Positions 24,679 through 37,439 of a DNA stretch of 64,000 nt are shown piece after piece; the first letter of the stretch is position 1, and every line of letters begins with the position of its first letter. Position numbers and translations under genes: made by a program. The DNA is taken from assembly GCA_002189035.1 (NCBI GenBank), contig NEEC01000002.1:5084001-5148000 (forward strand), in the 5' to 3' direction. Source of the stretch: Utricularia gibba (taxonomy: Eukaryota; Plantae; Magnoliophyta). The notes under the pieces are model-generated. The model was not told the DNA's origin. It worked only from the letters and a program-made list of their open reading frames with translations, and did not search any database.

Positions 24679-27600
24679 TTATTTTTTCAATTTTTACTTT
24701 ATTATATCCTCTATATACGGACGTGTGCTATGGTTTACCTACATCGGTCCACTCATCACATATGAGTATGGATTACGGCTAACCCATGTTAATTGCGTGT
24801 TATATAAATTTAAACAAAATATGTATATTTAATGTAAATGTAACATAGTTATTTTTATTATGTTAATATTATATATAAAAAGTAAGGCTATTTAATAAAA
24901 AAAATACAAAATAAGGCAATTATACTAATACCTATTATTACAAAATAGAAAAATAAACATACATTAAAAACAGTATAAAATAACATCGAACATACATATC
25001 ATTCTTAGACATATAATTTGATTACCGATGACTCAATAGGTTGAATTCCTTGAAACATTTGCATGATAAAATCTAGTTGATTACACTAGTTCTACAATAG
25101 ATTGATGTTTTATTTCTTGCATAAATTGACAAGATGGAATTATATTAGGTCTTTGTCTTGAAGAAGGTAATTGAAGTTATGCTTGTTTATCTATTTTTTT
25201 TTACTTTTTCTTTTTCTTTTTTGTTGTCTTTCCTCGATCATCAATACATTTCCTCCACAATGTGTTTCTTGTTTGAACGGTGCGCTAGAGGATTTTTTTT
25301 TGAGATTCATCATGTACTAATTGAATGATGATAGCCTCTATTTTCTCTCATCCCACAAAAGATTGAACTGATGTTGATATATTTTAACTAGCATCCATAT
25401 GATAAAGCATTGAATAACTATATCAATGGGTTTGATAACGAGTTCAATGCAACCCTAAAATAATATATAAAAATAATAAAATATAGAATATTATTTTAAA
25501 AAAATAAACTAGTATTGTATTAGAACAAGAGATTATGTAAAGATCTGTTTATTTCAATTTCTATTTTAAATTAAATAATTTTGAAGTGATTTTTATTAAA
25601 AATAGAAACAACTTCTGTTTTCTTGAAGCAGAAACATTGAAGCGCTTTTAAGTGCTTCAGTTTTTTTTTTTAAAATAGGTTCATACTTGCTTCTATCAGC
25701 TTTTAAAACAGTTTTTTTGAAGCTGATTTTAATGAAATAGAAATAAACAAATCTTAAGTTTGCCATTTGTTGCGTGTGCACCTCCTTTCTTTAACCTTTA
25801 CAATATGAAAATATTCATTCCGGTAATTTTTATTCCTTGAACATGTTGTCACCTTCAAAATCTCTTAATCATAATTATAAACTTCAACTCTTCTATGTTG
25901 TGGATGATTTGTCCAATATTGTCATTTAGAATGAGGTGCTTCAGCAAGCACTTGATCAGGAGCCTGCAATTCTCAAGGTTCTTATAGGCAATTATATCAA
26001 CATACAACAATATATCAAAAAACAATCTGTATAGAAAAGTATTTAAAATATATTTTTTTGAAAATATTTTTAAGAAAGAATGTTTATGATAAATATAATA
26101 AAATAAAAATATGATATGGTGTCTGACAATATGGGTAAAATATTCACACAACAATAAGTAAAAAAATTGTTAAAGTTATCCCAGTGTGTATGCTAATGAC
26201 CTGTTGTCACAAGTTTTTTAGTTGGAGAATACGTTAGTTTCATAAGTTATTGGTAAAATATTTGTGTCAGCTTTGTTATTTGTTAAATTCCTCATTTTAC
26301 AGTTTTATAAATGTTTTATATTACCATGTAATTAAATTTATTTTTTACTAAAAACTGAAACATTTATTTTTGTAAGTAATCCTTTATTTAATTTATTTAT
26401 TATTCAATATATTCTTTATTTTTAGAAAAAATCAATATTATGTAAAAAAAATGTAATTATAAATATTTCCTTACTTCTAAAAGTTTAATAAAAAAAATAT
26501 TATAAAATTCTATTTTGAAGGAATAATAATTTAGTAACAATTTCAACTATTTCCGCATTACATTTTTTTATTTTTTAGATATTACAATATCATTATCTAA
26601 AAAATGTATATTATTTTATTTTGAAAATAAAAATTAACATTAAAATATTTGGAAATTGCTTATAAGTTATAACTTATAATAACAAACACATAATTTGGAA
26701 AAAGAAATGGTAAATAAATTATTTTAAAAAAATAAGTTGTTATAGACAACTATAATGGTACGTACAATAAATATGCATTTTTTAAAAAATATTATATTTA
26801 TAAACATTTATAGTGGTAGATGGTGGTACTTGATAAATAACCAATCATTTTACATATAATTAATTATTTCCAAGGACCTATAATGATTATTAATGATATC
26901 TAACAAATACTCTGTATTTTTTATATAAATAATTTATTTCCAAGAACAATAATTTATTCATGCAACAACAAGACGGAAAAAGCACTATTAAAATAAAGAA
27001 AGACATAGGCTAAGGCAACGATAAGTTTACTCGAGATATTGCTTATAATATTGTCACAAGGGATCCCTCTCATGAAAAGGGCGTTAACATGTTCAAAATT
27101 AATTCATGAACCTCGGGAACATCAAATAACCCCTTGAGGAACATAAATATCTCTTTATATTCATGTGAATAAATGTATTTAAGGATTTTTGAAAAATTAG
27201 TAATTTGATGTGTATTTACGGATTTCCAAAAATTGATAATGATATCTTTACAAAAACCTATGTCGAAAGTTGTGTTTATGTAAACCATCTAGAAAGAATT
27301 TAATAGAAAACTATACATATTTATACCTGCATATCAAATATATCATTATTTCTAAACATATTACAAGCTTAGTACTCTAAATTCTCCAACCAAACATATT
27401 CAAAAAGTAGAATATTGAATTTAGTTGATTAATTAAATTATTATTGTATACAATTTATAATTTTTTATTGAATTACTTTTATTTTTCTGATGATTTTAAA
27501 ATAAAATTGAAAGAAAAAAAAACACAAAAATAGGATAAATTTCCAATAAAAATATATATCTACAGTTATTCAACAACATTGAATGACTGTTGGGATATTT

Positions 27601-27802
27601 CAAAAATTTTAAATCATATCAAAGGTATTCACCCAAATATCTTATAGTTACACTTGGTTTCTAAGTTTGAATCCTGCTTTTACGACATGTGTTCTAGTTC
27701 TTGCAACCGTACATCTTTCGCCATACGAAAAGGGATCAAAGAAGGCATCATAGCTTTGCTAGTTAAGATGCTGAAGTTCGTTCTGTCAAAACTGTTGATG
27801 GC

Positions 27803-29958
27803 TTATAAGAACAGATCATCGTCCTCACCAGCAAACAGCTCGTCTAACTGCTCATCTGTCCACTGTGGCAGAGACGGCTTTGCCTTTCGATGTATCTGTT
27901 CATTGGTGCTTTTAGGGAGGTCTTCTTCAGCTACCATTTCAGCCACATTTCCATAACTAGTAATGGTGCAGTTGACAAAGCTTCTTCCGGTTGGATCTTC
28001 CTCTCTGTCTTTCACCAGTACAGGGGAATCCTGAGTAGTCCTTTCTCTGGTTATCTCTTCTTGTCTTGATGGCATATGCCTTTTTAGTCCTGCTGCAGAG
28101 CTGCTGCTGTTCGGTGCATTTCCAGGTATCAAACCTTCCACAAAATCTTCCCTGACTGTTTGTTGGATAATCTGTGTCGTCTTCTTCCTTGTTGATGGAT
28201 CTACAGAATATTGAAAGTATGCAACAATGAAGAATGCAGCCCAGAGGGAGGAAGCAAAGCAGTGACGTTCCGTACCAATCGGGGGATCAGCATACTGGAT
28301 GGTAGGAGCAATAGCATTGTCTCTTTCAACAGTGGATGCATCATTTTCGCAAAACACCTACAGATAAGGCGCACTAGAACTTGAGGCAAAATTTGCCGCG
28401 GAGCAATTTTTGAGATACACAAGGGTAAAATAATAGCATCACATATATGTTGTTTGCATGTGATGATAAGAGTTCTGGCAACGTATGGGAGTACAGGCTT
28501 AGAAAGAATTTTGTGTACCTTTACCAAATTCCTCTGTGTTATGTTCAGATAGTAAACCGACCTCTCTGGAACAAAGATGGCGACCTTAAACATGCACTAC
28601 TTTGTTAAGTCGAATCGAAAAAACACTATAAAAAAGTAATTGGTTGGATAACAAGTAGGTAGTTATGCAGATGGCAAAACATTCAGATACGAGACACTGG
28701 AATCTACGCTGTACCTCACGGAGTATTACAACGGTGCCAATAGTCAATCTTTTCCCAAACTCAGTCTGAAGGACCTTGTGATGAACACTAGCGCCTACAG
28801 TACCTGTTGGATCCTGTAGTTCAAAAATCATCAAGATTCAGTTATCGAAATTCCCGGGAGAATGCTGTATAGTAAGTATCGATGAATAAAATGAGCCAAC
28901 ATTACCTTAAGACGAACCAACAGACCCCTAAACCATTGGGCGTGCACGATTTAATAACACCCACAAGCTAAAACCACAGATCAAACAAAAAAGCTATGGA
29001 GTCAATGAAAGGGTACACGGAATGAAAAGGCTAAAAAGATCTCTGGGACTCAAGAAACAGCTAATCTACGTTTCATTTCTCTTCATTCTCTCACTCACAT
29101 CCAGTTCAACTCAACAGCCAGTAAAACATGAAGCCTTGTTAAAATTCTAGAGATGGGCTACAAATTATAAAAGATGATGTGATTATCAGGGGCTTTGCAC
29201 TCTCTTCACACCTTTTCAAATTCACCTTGTTAAATTTTCAATCACCAAAAGGTTCAGTTGGGGTGACCCTATCATAAAGCAGCAGTCATAGATACTCTGG
29301 TTATTCTATCCTTGGGAAGAAACATTTTCCAATAAGGAGAAAAACGGATAAATCAGCCGTCAGAGAAGTAAGGGCGTACCAATGCAGCCTTTCCAGCGTT
29401 GAGGCATTCTGTCAGACAGTTGAAAGGCGTACTTCGCAGTGTGCCATAATGCAAGCCTAACAAAAAGCCATACAGCGCGATTTTGCGTTAGTTGGGCCTA
29501 GAAGAAGAGCAAATATGAAGAATTAGAGTCGAGAAGGAACCAATATACTGGAGAGCAGAAATCCAGGCTTGGAGTGTGAACTCATAATCAAAATCAGCAG
29601 TTTCCACCGCCCTCTGTATATATTCCTGCGTACAAATATCGGTATGAACAGTATGGTCGCCCGTAGGATCCTCGTCACTGTCTCGATTCTTCTCGACAAT
29701 CCGATTCCCTCTGTCTTGATTCTTGCGGAGCATTGCGGCCTGAACAACGCCTGCCGGACCGGGAATCGTAGGGCGGTCAAGCGAATGGCGTGCCGGCAAT
29801 TGAATGAGGTTTACTTCTTCAGATTGAGAAGGACGGCGGTCTGAAAAGGCGGCGGAGGTGGTGGAGGTAGAGTCTTCGCGTCGGCGCTGGCAAGGGCGGA
29901 GGAGAGGGAGGTCAGAGTCGTCGACGTCGAGAGCTTCCCACGAGTGCTGCTCCGCCAT
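27803..29958 (-). CDS. HROB: Homologous recombination OB-fold protein (HROB/C17orf53/MCM8IP-like), apparent 1-bp frameshift in exon 3
   Basis: Exons 29541-29958, 29380-29456, 28906-28967, 28715-28813, 28519-28584, 28276-28357 and 27803-28200. Motifs WEALDVDDSDL, IPGPAGVVQAAM, VGVIKSCTPNGLG, DPTGTVGASVHHKVL, VAIFVPERSVYYLNITQRNLVKV, C-terminal WTDEQLDELF. Confidence 0.85.
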
Positions 29959-30913
29959 TCTTATGGGCGTGCATTTGGAGGGAAACGTCAGTGCAGAGTT
30001 TTACAAAAGCTCACTTCCATTTTAACAATTAAATTTAACAAAAAATAACTTTTAATTTCTTATTTATTACATACATTATGATATAATTAACAAACGTTTT
30101 TTTTTATATATATTATTCATTTAATAAATATTTTTACAATGTATTTTAGTATATTTTAAAACGCATAATTAATTACTCTGTCACAAACTTTCCATCTTCT
30201 AGAAGGCTGGCCGTGGGGACTCCACCCCTGGTTCGCGCGAATCACGAGTTGTAAAAGAAGAAGACGGCAGTTGAAACGATGGTGGGGAATACATACCTCC
30301 TCTTTCTGCTAACTTGTGCTTCCCTTTCCTCGAAGTTTGGCTTCTTCTAATTACTGGGAAAGAGGGCTTCTACAGAATATAGACAAAAGCCACGGTTGGT
30401 ATTTGGTGTGCGCAACACAACCATGTTTAAGTTCTCATTTTGTTTGGTAGAAGTTTCTGTACACGATGCCCCTGTGACACGAAACTTCTAACTTTTTTGG
30501 AAGGAATCATAGGAACCAAATTGTTCATAAAGCCTGCTTTAGAATCATTGTTGCTCTATCAATCGTTGTTAGCAGAATGTCATCGACACTGCTAGCAACG
30601 AATCGCAAATATGGCTGAATACAGACATTGTCAAAACGAGAAGTTACCAGCAACATCAAGCATGACTGACTACTAAAGGCATGTTCTCTGCCAAGTGTTG
30701 CCATTGAAAATGCAACGAATCCGATGCAGCTTTTAAGAAAAAAACAAAGCTGCTGAGGACGCAGGTAGAAAGGAGAGATATATGCTTCGGATGCAAATGA
30801 TGCTCCCGATCAACAGCTCGACAATAGAAAGAACATTATGAGAACCAGTATGCATACCATTGGATGACTGACACGAAACCAATGCTTCAACCCTTGTTAC
30901 TTTCTGCAACTAA

Positions 30914-31738
30914 TCACCGCTCATCGTCCACTGCATCGATCATCATGGCTTCAAGCTCACCCCCTTCATCATCACTTTCTCCAGCCAATGCTCCAACTGC
31001 AGCTGATATATCATCCACTGTCTCTCCTATCCTAGACAAATTGGCGTCGCCATTTGGTAGTCGGTCTCCATATCCATTATCATTAGCTTCTGGAGTCACA
31101 TTCTGTACACCATGAACTGCAGGTGCACCTGCAACTCTGGCAGCAGCAGATGATTCCTTCTTCTTCGAAGAATCTCTCTTCACCAAATTAGCAAGATTCT
31201 CCAATGCAACTGTTGCCCTTTTCCGAGAAGACACAGCCTCCATTGCTCTTCTCTCTGCCTCCTGTCTCGCGGCAGCGACGGCTTTATTCATAGAAATGGA
31301 GGCGATCCTTGCAGCAGCAACCATCTTCCTCGCCCCATCGGCGTCAATCACTCTGCAATCCTCCATCTTTCGGGTTTGGGGATTGAACCCTTTCGAGAAT
31401 TTCAGTTTGAAGATTGGGGCGTTTGGGGAAACGCAAAGGGGACAAATGTAGGGCTGGGAAAGGGGAGTCTTGGCCTCCACAACGCAGGGCTGGTGGGAAA
31501 TCGAGTGGCATCGGGTGCATGTCAAAATGGCGTCGTTGGGAGGAGGCGAAGGGTGAACTCGAAAGCAGGTAGGGCAGAAGGATTGAGGATGGAGACGGAG
31601 AACGCAGCCGGTGCAGAGGCGGCGGAAAGTGTTCCGTTGGCTGACATGGTGGAGGATTTTGCGTCCTTCAATGCCGCAGTTGCCGCACTCCGCCGCGACG
31701 TCGGCGTTGAGGGCGACGGAATCGGTCCTTCCAACCAT
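30914..31738 (-). CDS. Intronless PHD-finger protein with an N-terminal C4 zinc site and an Ala/Arg-rich coiled coil (274 aa)
   Basis: CGNC...RRLCTGC, then a C4HC3 pattern CPTC...CTRC...HQPC...CPLC, then AAARIASISMNKAVAAARQEAERRAMEA. Resembles the small plant PHD proteins of the At1g09520/At3g17460 type (from recall). Confidence 0.88.
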   Translation of the reverse strand: MVGRTDSVALNADVAAECGNCGIEGRKILHHVSQRNTFRRLCTGCVLRLHPQSFCPTCFRVHPSPPPNDAILTCTRCHSISHQPCVVEAKTPLSQPYICPLCVSPNAPIFKLKFSKGFNPQTRKMEDCRVIDADGARKMVAAARIASISMNKAVAAARQEAERRAMEAVSSRKRATVALENLANLVKRDSSKKKESSAAARVAGAPAVHGVQNVTPEANDNGYGDRLPNGDANLSRIGETVDDISAAVGALAGESDDEGGELEAMMIDAVDDER

Positions 31739-34700
31739 GAGATCGCGCTGCAGAATCGCTGGAATTGGTTTCCTTTTTTGTTCCGTTAAATCTCCACCAG
31801 CTAGCTACCTTATTTGTTTGTGAAGGCGAGATTTTGTTACCTACTTCAAAAAAATAGGAAAAATAGCATAAATAAATGGGAGAAAAATATGGTAATACCG
31901 CATATTTTGTTCGGTTACTATGTGATTTGCTCCTTTCCCCAAATATTAAATGGTTAAAAAAATTGTGATATTATTCTTAATATTTCAAGAAGCTCTAGAT
32001 ACATATGTTTGATATAGTTTTTTTTGAAAAATCGATTTTGGAAAAATATTTTTAAAAAATTAAATTGGGGTTCTATAACAAGAAATGGTTTTAAATTTTT
32101 TGAAATATAATGTAATGATTTTTTTAACAATAAAACCTTTTCAAAAAAAATTTCAGAAAAAATATTATTCCAAGTATAAGATTTAAGTTATGAGATGCAC
32201 TCCTTGAAACAAGGTATCGAGGAGGTAGCACGAACGAATTGCTCCTATTCCAATCAAGTTTGATTCAATTAATATTATTTATTTTTGTTTGAATATTGCA
32301 AATAAATTAATATAAAAAAATTCATGTTTAATTAATTTAATGATTCATTTATTTTTGTAGATCAAAATATGTAAAATATTATTTTGTATTGGTAATTTAA
32401 TATAAAAATTCATATAATAAAATAAATTATAAATAATCTTTGATTATTTACAATACTTCATATATTTTATAATAATTATATATATATATATGTAATTTTT
32501 TAATTCAAAAATAACTATATTTTATATAAAAGTATATCAAATTTTAACAATAAAAAAGAAATTCTGATTTTATTATCCCAAACTAATATTCAATTATTTT
32601 GTTATTATATTTTATTATAAACCTATTGATACAAAATTTTTATATTTAAAGTGTAAGCTTGAATTATATAAATGTATTATATATTTTTTAATTAATTTAA
32701 AACATTGATGACACACATTTAATTATTATGTTTAAATATGGTTTAGATTAGGTTTGTATGGTTTTTTTTATGTTTTATGTGTTGTTTAACTTAATTTGTG
32801 TTTATATTAAAAAATGGACTAAATTAAAGGATTTAGTCCATCTTTTATTACTGATCTTGATTAAGTCTAGCAAGAGAATTAGCATCAAATCAGATTCAAA
32901 AATGTGTAGAATAAGTAGAAAAGAGCACAATATCTAAAGAGAGACAAAAAAACTATTCTTCCATCCACAATCTATAAGTTCAGGTCGAGAATAGTGATAA
33001 TATCAAGAACAATGCATTAGAGTAAAAGATGGAAGATATTTTTGAAGGAAGGGGAGAATAAAAAAAAAGAAGTATCTTCAGCAGCGACACACAAGGGGCT
33101 CCTCCAAGAACACAACGAACATCAATCAGAAAAGTAGAATAAGGAGAGTCTCACGAAGAAGACTCCTATCCTCAAGGACACCACCAAAATCCAGTTCAAT
33201 GCTATTGTTTCTGGTTGTGAATAGTAGCAAACGAGAATCAGAACAATATTTACTTTCTTTTCGTTTGTTGAATATTTTAAATTTCTGTGATTAACTTTCT
33301 CACGATGACTTTGATACTTTCACTATTTAATCTTAACGATATTATGTTTTATCTTCCAAATATAAGTAGTCAGATCTTAGGGATATCTTAAGATATAACA
33401 TGGTGGTGTGGGGTTAGAGTTCATAGTAGATTTGATCATTGTTTCTTAGCAGTTGTTTTTATCATTTTTTGGGTAAACTTAAGAAGGAAAACAAATAGTT
33501 TCAAAACTCTAATGTTTGATTGAGAGGTAGATCAACAAATCAAAGTAGAGATAATATATATTAGTCTAAGGTATAACTAATAGAATCAAGTAGACATAAT
33601 TTTATATACTTTGCTTACAGGTATGCCTTATTGCGAAATTGGTGATGATATTGAGAACTATCTTAACTAAAAACATGATAAATAACCTGGAAAGACTTAG
33701 ATTGCTTGAAGTTATAAGAATAGAAACATTATAAATTAAATTACGTATCTTAGTACCATATCACCTATATACCCTTAAAATATCTTAGTATTACTGTATA
33801 CTAGAATTAACATTTGTTACATTTTATGTTGAGATTTGATTTTATGCATTGAACTTGCCTATCATTATTAATTTGAGCTTAGACTAATAAAAATGTTTAC
33901 TTTGAATTCTACATCTACTAAAATATTTTGCAAATACTAGCTCCTTATGATCAACCTCGAATTCCACTTTACATTTTGTGTTTAATTTGTATTTTATGAG
34001 GATTATGAATTATAAATTTATTTGATACGAAAATTTCATTTATTGTAACGATTTTAATAAATTTTTATTATCAAACATAAATAAATATAATAATTAATAA
34101 ATATATATGTGATCATGAATAAATCGTGCATTATATATGAATATAAATAAATAAATATGAACACATTTTTAATTTGATAAAATTAAATAAATGAACATAA
34201 ATACAAATGTTCGTATTTATTTGTAAAGATAAGGCTATGTTGGCCCATATGGGTTCGAAGCCAACTTAAAGATTTTAGATATTTCAGGTTATATGACCCG
34301 TGATCTGATCAGATCAGATGGATTTTGATTGTGTCTGAACCAAAATCAGATTTTTTGGGTTTTTTTTGTTTTGTATTATTTAAAACTTTTTATAAATTAA
34401 TTAAAAAAAATTAGTACAAACTGATCAATTTAAATAAAATATTATAAACCAAAACAAGAAAAACAAATCATAAGAAATACAAAGAAAAACAATTTTTTGT
34501 GGATCCTTTTGTTTTATTTTAATCAAAACAAAGCAAACCAAGCAATTTAAACATCAAACAAATCAATCGAATAATCAAAATATAAACAAAAAAATCCGAT
34601 GTATAATTACATATTCCGCATGAACATTGAAAGCAATAAAGGAGAATATAATGACTAGGGTTTGTAGAATGTGATAGTTAAGTAAAAAATTTGGGTATAT

Positions 34701-36002
34701 ATAGACTTAAGCATTATAATTACATTAAAAAATTAAAGTTAATTGATATTAAAATTGATGAATGTGAATTAATATTTTAAAAAGACAACATATGGGTTTA
34801 CCCACGGGTTTATATAACAACTTGAATCGAACTATTTAATGGTTATAGATTTAAATTGGATTTTATACGATTTGGATTGATCGTTTTGTGGACTAACTTG
34901 GACCCATGTATCTCTCTTTTTGTTCATTTGATAAAATTAAATAAATAAATATACACATGAATGTTTGTGTTTGTTCATTCAATAAAACAATACTATGGGA
35001 TATCAACCATTAGAAAATAGTCAGGATGATAGAACTTAGAAGAGAATCTGCCTCACACGCTCACATCAACGACCTTCCAAAGGCATGCCCCAAACTATTA
35101 TGGAACGCAGAAACATGAGATTTTCTTGTAGGGAGGAGAGCATCTCTCCAAGTAGGATTCACATTTTGTTTCGACTTCACCACATTTTTGTATCAATGCT
35201 TATAAATTTTATGTATTTTTTAATCGATAATTTGAAATAATTGTGTTATCCATGTTTGAAAATTGTGTGTATAAAGTAATTCCTATAAACCATCACCACG
35301 GGTTAGCAACAACCTTGAGAAATTATGTGCATATTTTTTTTACACATTTTTAAACACAGTCTGCAAAGATTAACAATGTATAGAAATCATATGTGTTTTT
35401 TTAATACATAATTTCTAGGTATTATCATTAGAGATTAGCAGTGTTTGTATATGACATATTATATTATATGCAGACATTATCTATAGAATTTATTGATAAT
35501 TGAAAATTATTTATTTTTTTAACAACTTATTTTCAAATATCATTTGTGAAGTCTTATCAATGTTTAGAAATTATTTTTTTTAAAATATTATTTTAGTTAC
35601 CATTTATGGAGATTTTTAACATCTAAAAATTTGTATGTTTTTTTACACTTTGTTTTCAAATATCATCTAAAGAGTTTAATGATGAAAATTAGCTGTATTC
35701 TTTTGTTTAAAGCTATGTTACCCAAATTCGTCATTTTTAACTTAACATTATATCAATTCATGAATCAGATTCGGATTTGCTTGAGATTTGGGATTCGTTG
35801 GACAAAAAATAAAAAATTAATTAATCAAAATTATTTATTATTATTATTTCTTTTCAGACCTATAGCTTTATTTGGGTTGTCGTATTCTTCTCCTTTCCCA
35901 AATCTTCTTTGGCTCAATTACGTCGCCATCCAAGCTCCATAATTTTGCTCAAAACAGAAACATAGGTGAATGCAAAGAATCAAGCAAAAAATAGAGAATC
36001 TT

Positions 36003-37143
36003 TGATAACACATATTTTTGAGTAACTCAATGCATTGAATTTACTCATTTTGTGCTACAAAAATTAAGCTTTATTACCTAGTTCTATATTTTTGCACATA
36101 AGTACCGTAGTAGTGCCAATTTAGTCTTAGTTGGGACTTTCTAACAGTTTCCTTTGAGCAATGCAACACAGGTCGCAACACAAATCCCAAGGAGTCGAAT
36201 ATGAACAATGTGGTGGCAGAGAAGGTGGTAGAAGTCTGAAAAAGAGTACACACAAAGTCTAAGGAGGTGAAAAAATGAGATTTTGGACAAAAAGGGAGGG
36301 AAGATGAGAGAGAAGACAGATCTCTCCTTGGAGACTCACGAACAACTTTCTGGAGAAGGTTTTCTGGTGAGAAGAAGAAGGAAGACAACAAGAACGAAGC
36401 TGAAGTTCAAGATTACTTTCTATCTTCGAAGAATATTACTTCTAGCTAAGAATAGCTAGTGACATTTTTTAGTTTTTGTTGATATTTTACATTACTTGCT
36501 TGTTTGCTTTCTGGTATTCGACTGTGAAATGAGCACACTGTGGGTGATGTTTTCTTTTCCATTTTCGTTTACCTTAAGCATGAGTGGCTAAGTACTTAGG
36601 GGCGTGCTTTGGGGTGAAAAGTGGAGAAACATGTTAATCAATCTTTAGATCTAAACAGCCATAAATCACGCCACTTCCTTAACAAATCAGGATAGATTCA
36701 GGAGGGGGAAGTAGTGAAACCCAACTTAACAACCCTAATTAGAGGTAGACCAAAGATTAGGGGGAAAAACAAGAGTCCGGGTAGACCTAGACCTTGTGAG
36801 TTAGTTGTATGATTTGTGGTTTGCATGAGCTTGTTTGGTGATGAGCATACATCCCCTAAGAGTCCCAAGGCATCACCCATTTCATTCCAGAAACAACCGA
36901 ACTTCAAAACTTATTACTTTTCTTTATTGTATTTCGTTTCAGTTCTGCCTTAATCCTAGCTAAGACCAATTTTACCAACGTGATACTAGTTTCATGCATC
37001 AACTTTCACATGCAAGCACTTGCTCTTCGTGTTCGACCCTAATCACTATGCTCATAATTGTATTATATTTTAATGTGTATTAGATTATAAATTTATTTGA
37101 TAGCAAGATTTACATTTACGACGTGTAAATTTTTCATTTATCA
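36003..37143 (+). mobile_element. Solo LTR related to Athila-like family A, nested in the hAT element
   Basis: TGATAACAC...TTTATCA termini with a perfect TSD ATCTT. Confidence 0.88.
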
Positions 37144-37439
37144 ATCTTTCATTTTGTTTAATGTCTTTTATGAATTTATTTTGATAAATGTATGGATTTT
37201 TTTTTCAATATTTATGAATTTTTCATGAGGTTATCTATGGTGTTTAGGGTTTACTTTTAAACTCTAGAATTTATATTGAATTGAGGGATTTTATTTGTAT
37301 ATGTATGGTAGTTAATCTTTCTTTTTAGAATTCATGAGTTAGAATATATTAACAATGTGGCATTTGTTGAATAAATGATAAACTTTACTTGAAACTTGGA
37401 ATTTCTTTGTACAATCATAGAAGAACTTGAAGAAGAAGA

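Noticed and set aside
25855-27288. Short minus-strand ORFs in AT-rich DNA (25855-26154, 27070-27288)
   Set aside because: Low-complexity F/I/K/Y composition, no recognisable domain, and no consistent exon chain
31376-31823. Antisense ORFs overlapping the PHD gene
   Set aside because: Expected shadow ORFs of a GC-rich coding strand, with no independent evidence
32780-33812. LTR-like segment with TG...CA candidates between the PHD and PIF genes
   Set aside because: I could not find matching TSDs or a second copy in the window, so the boundaries are unsupported
34100-34990. hAT/MITE-like subterminal motifs (gttcgtattt, acccat, cccacggg)
   Set aside because: No convincing TIR pair or TSD; too decayed to define
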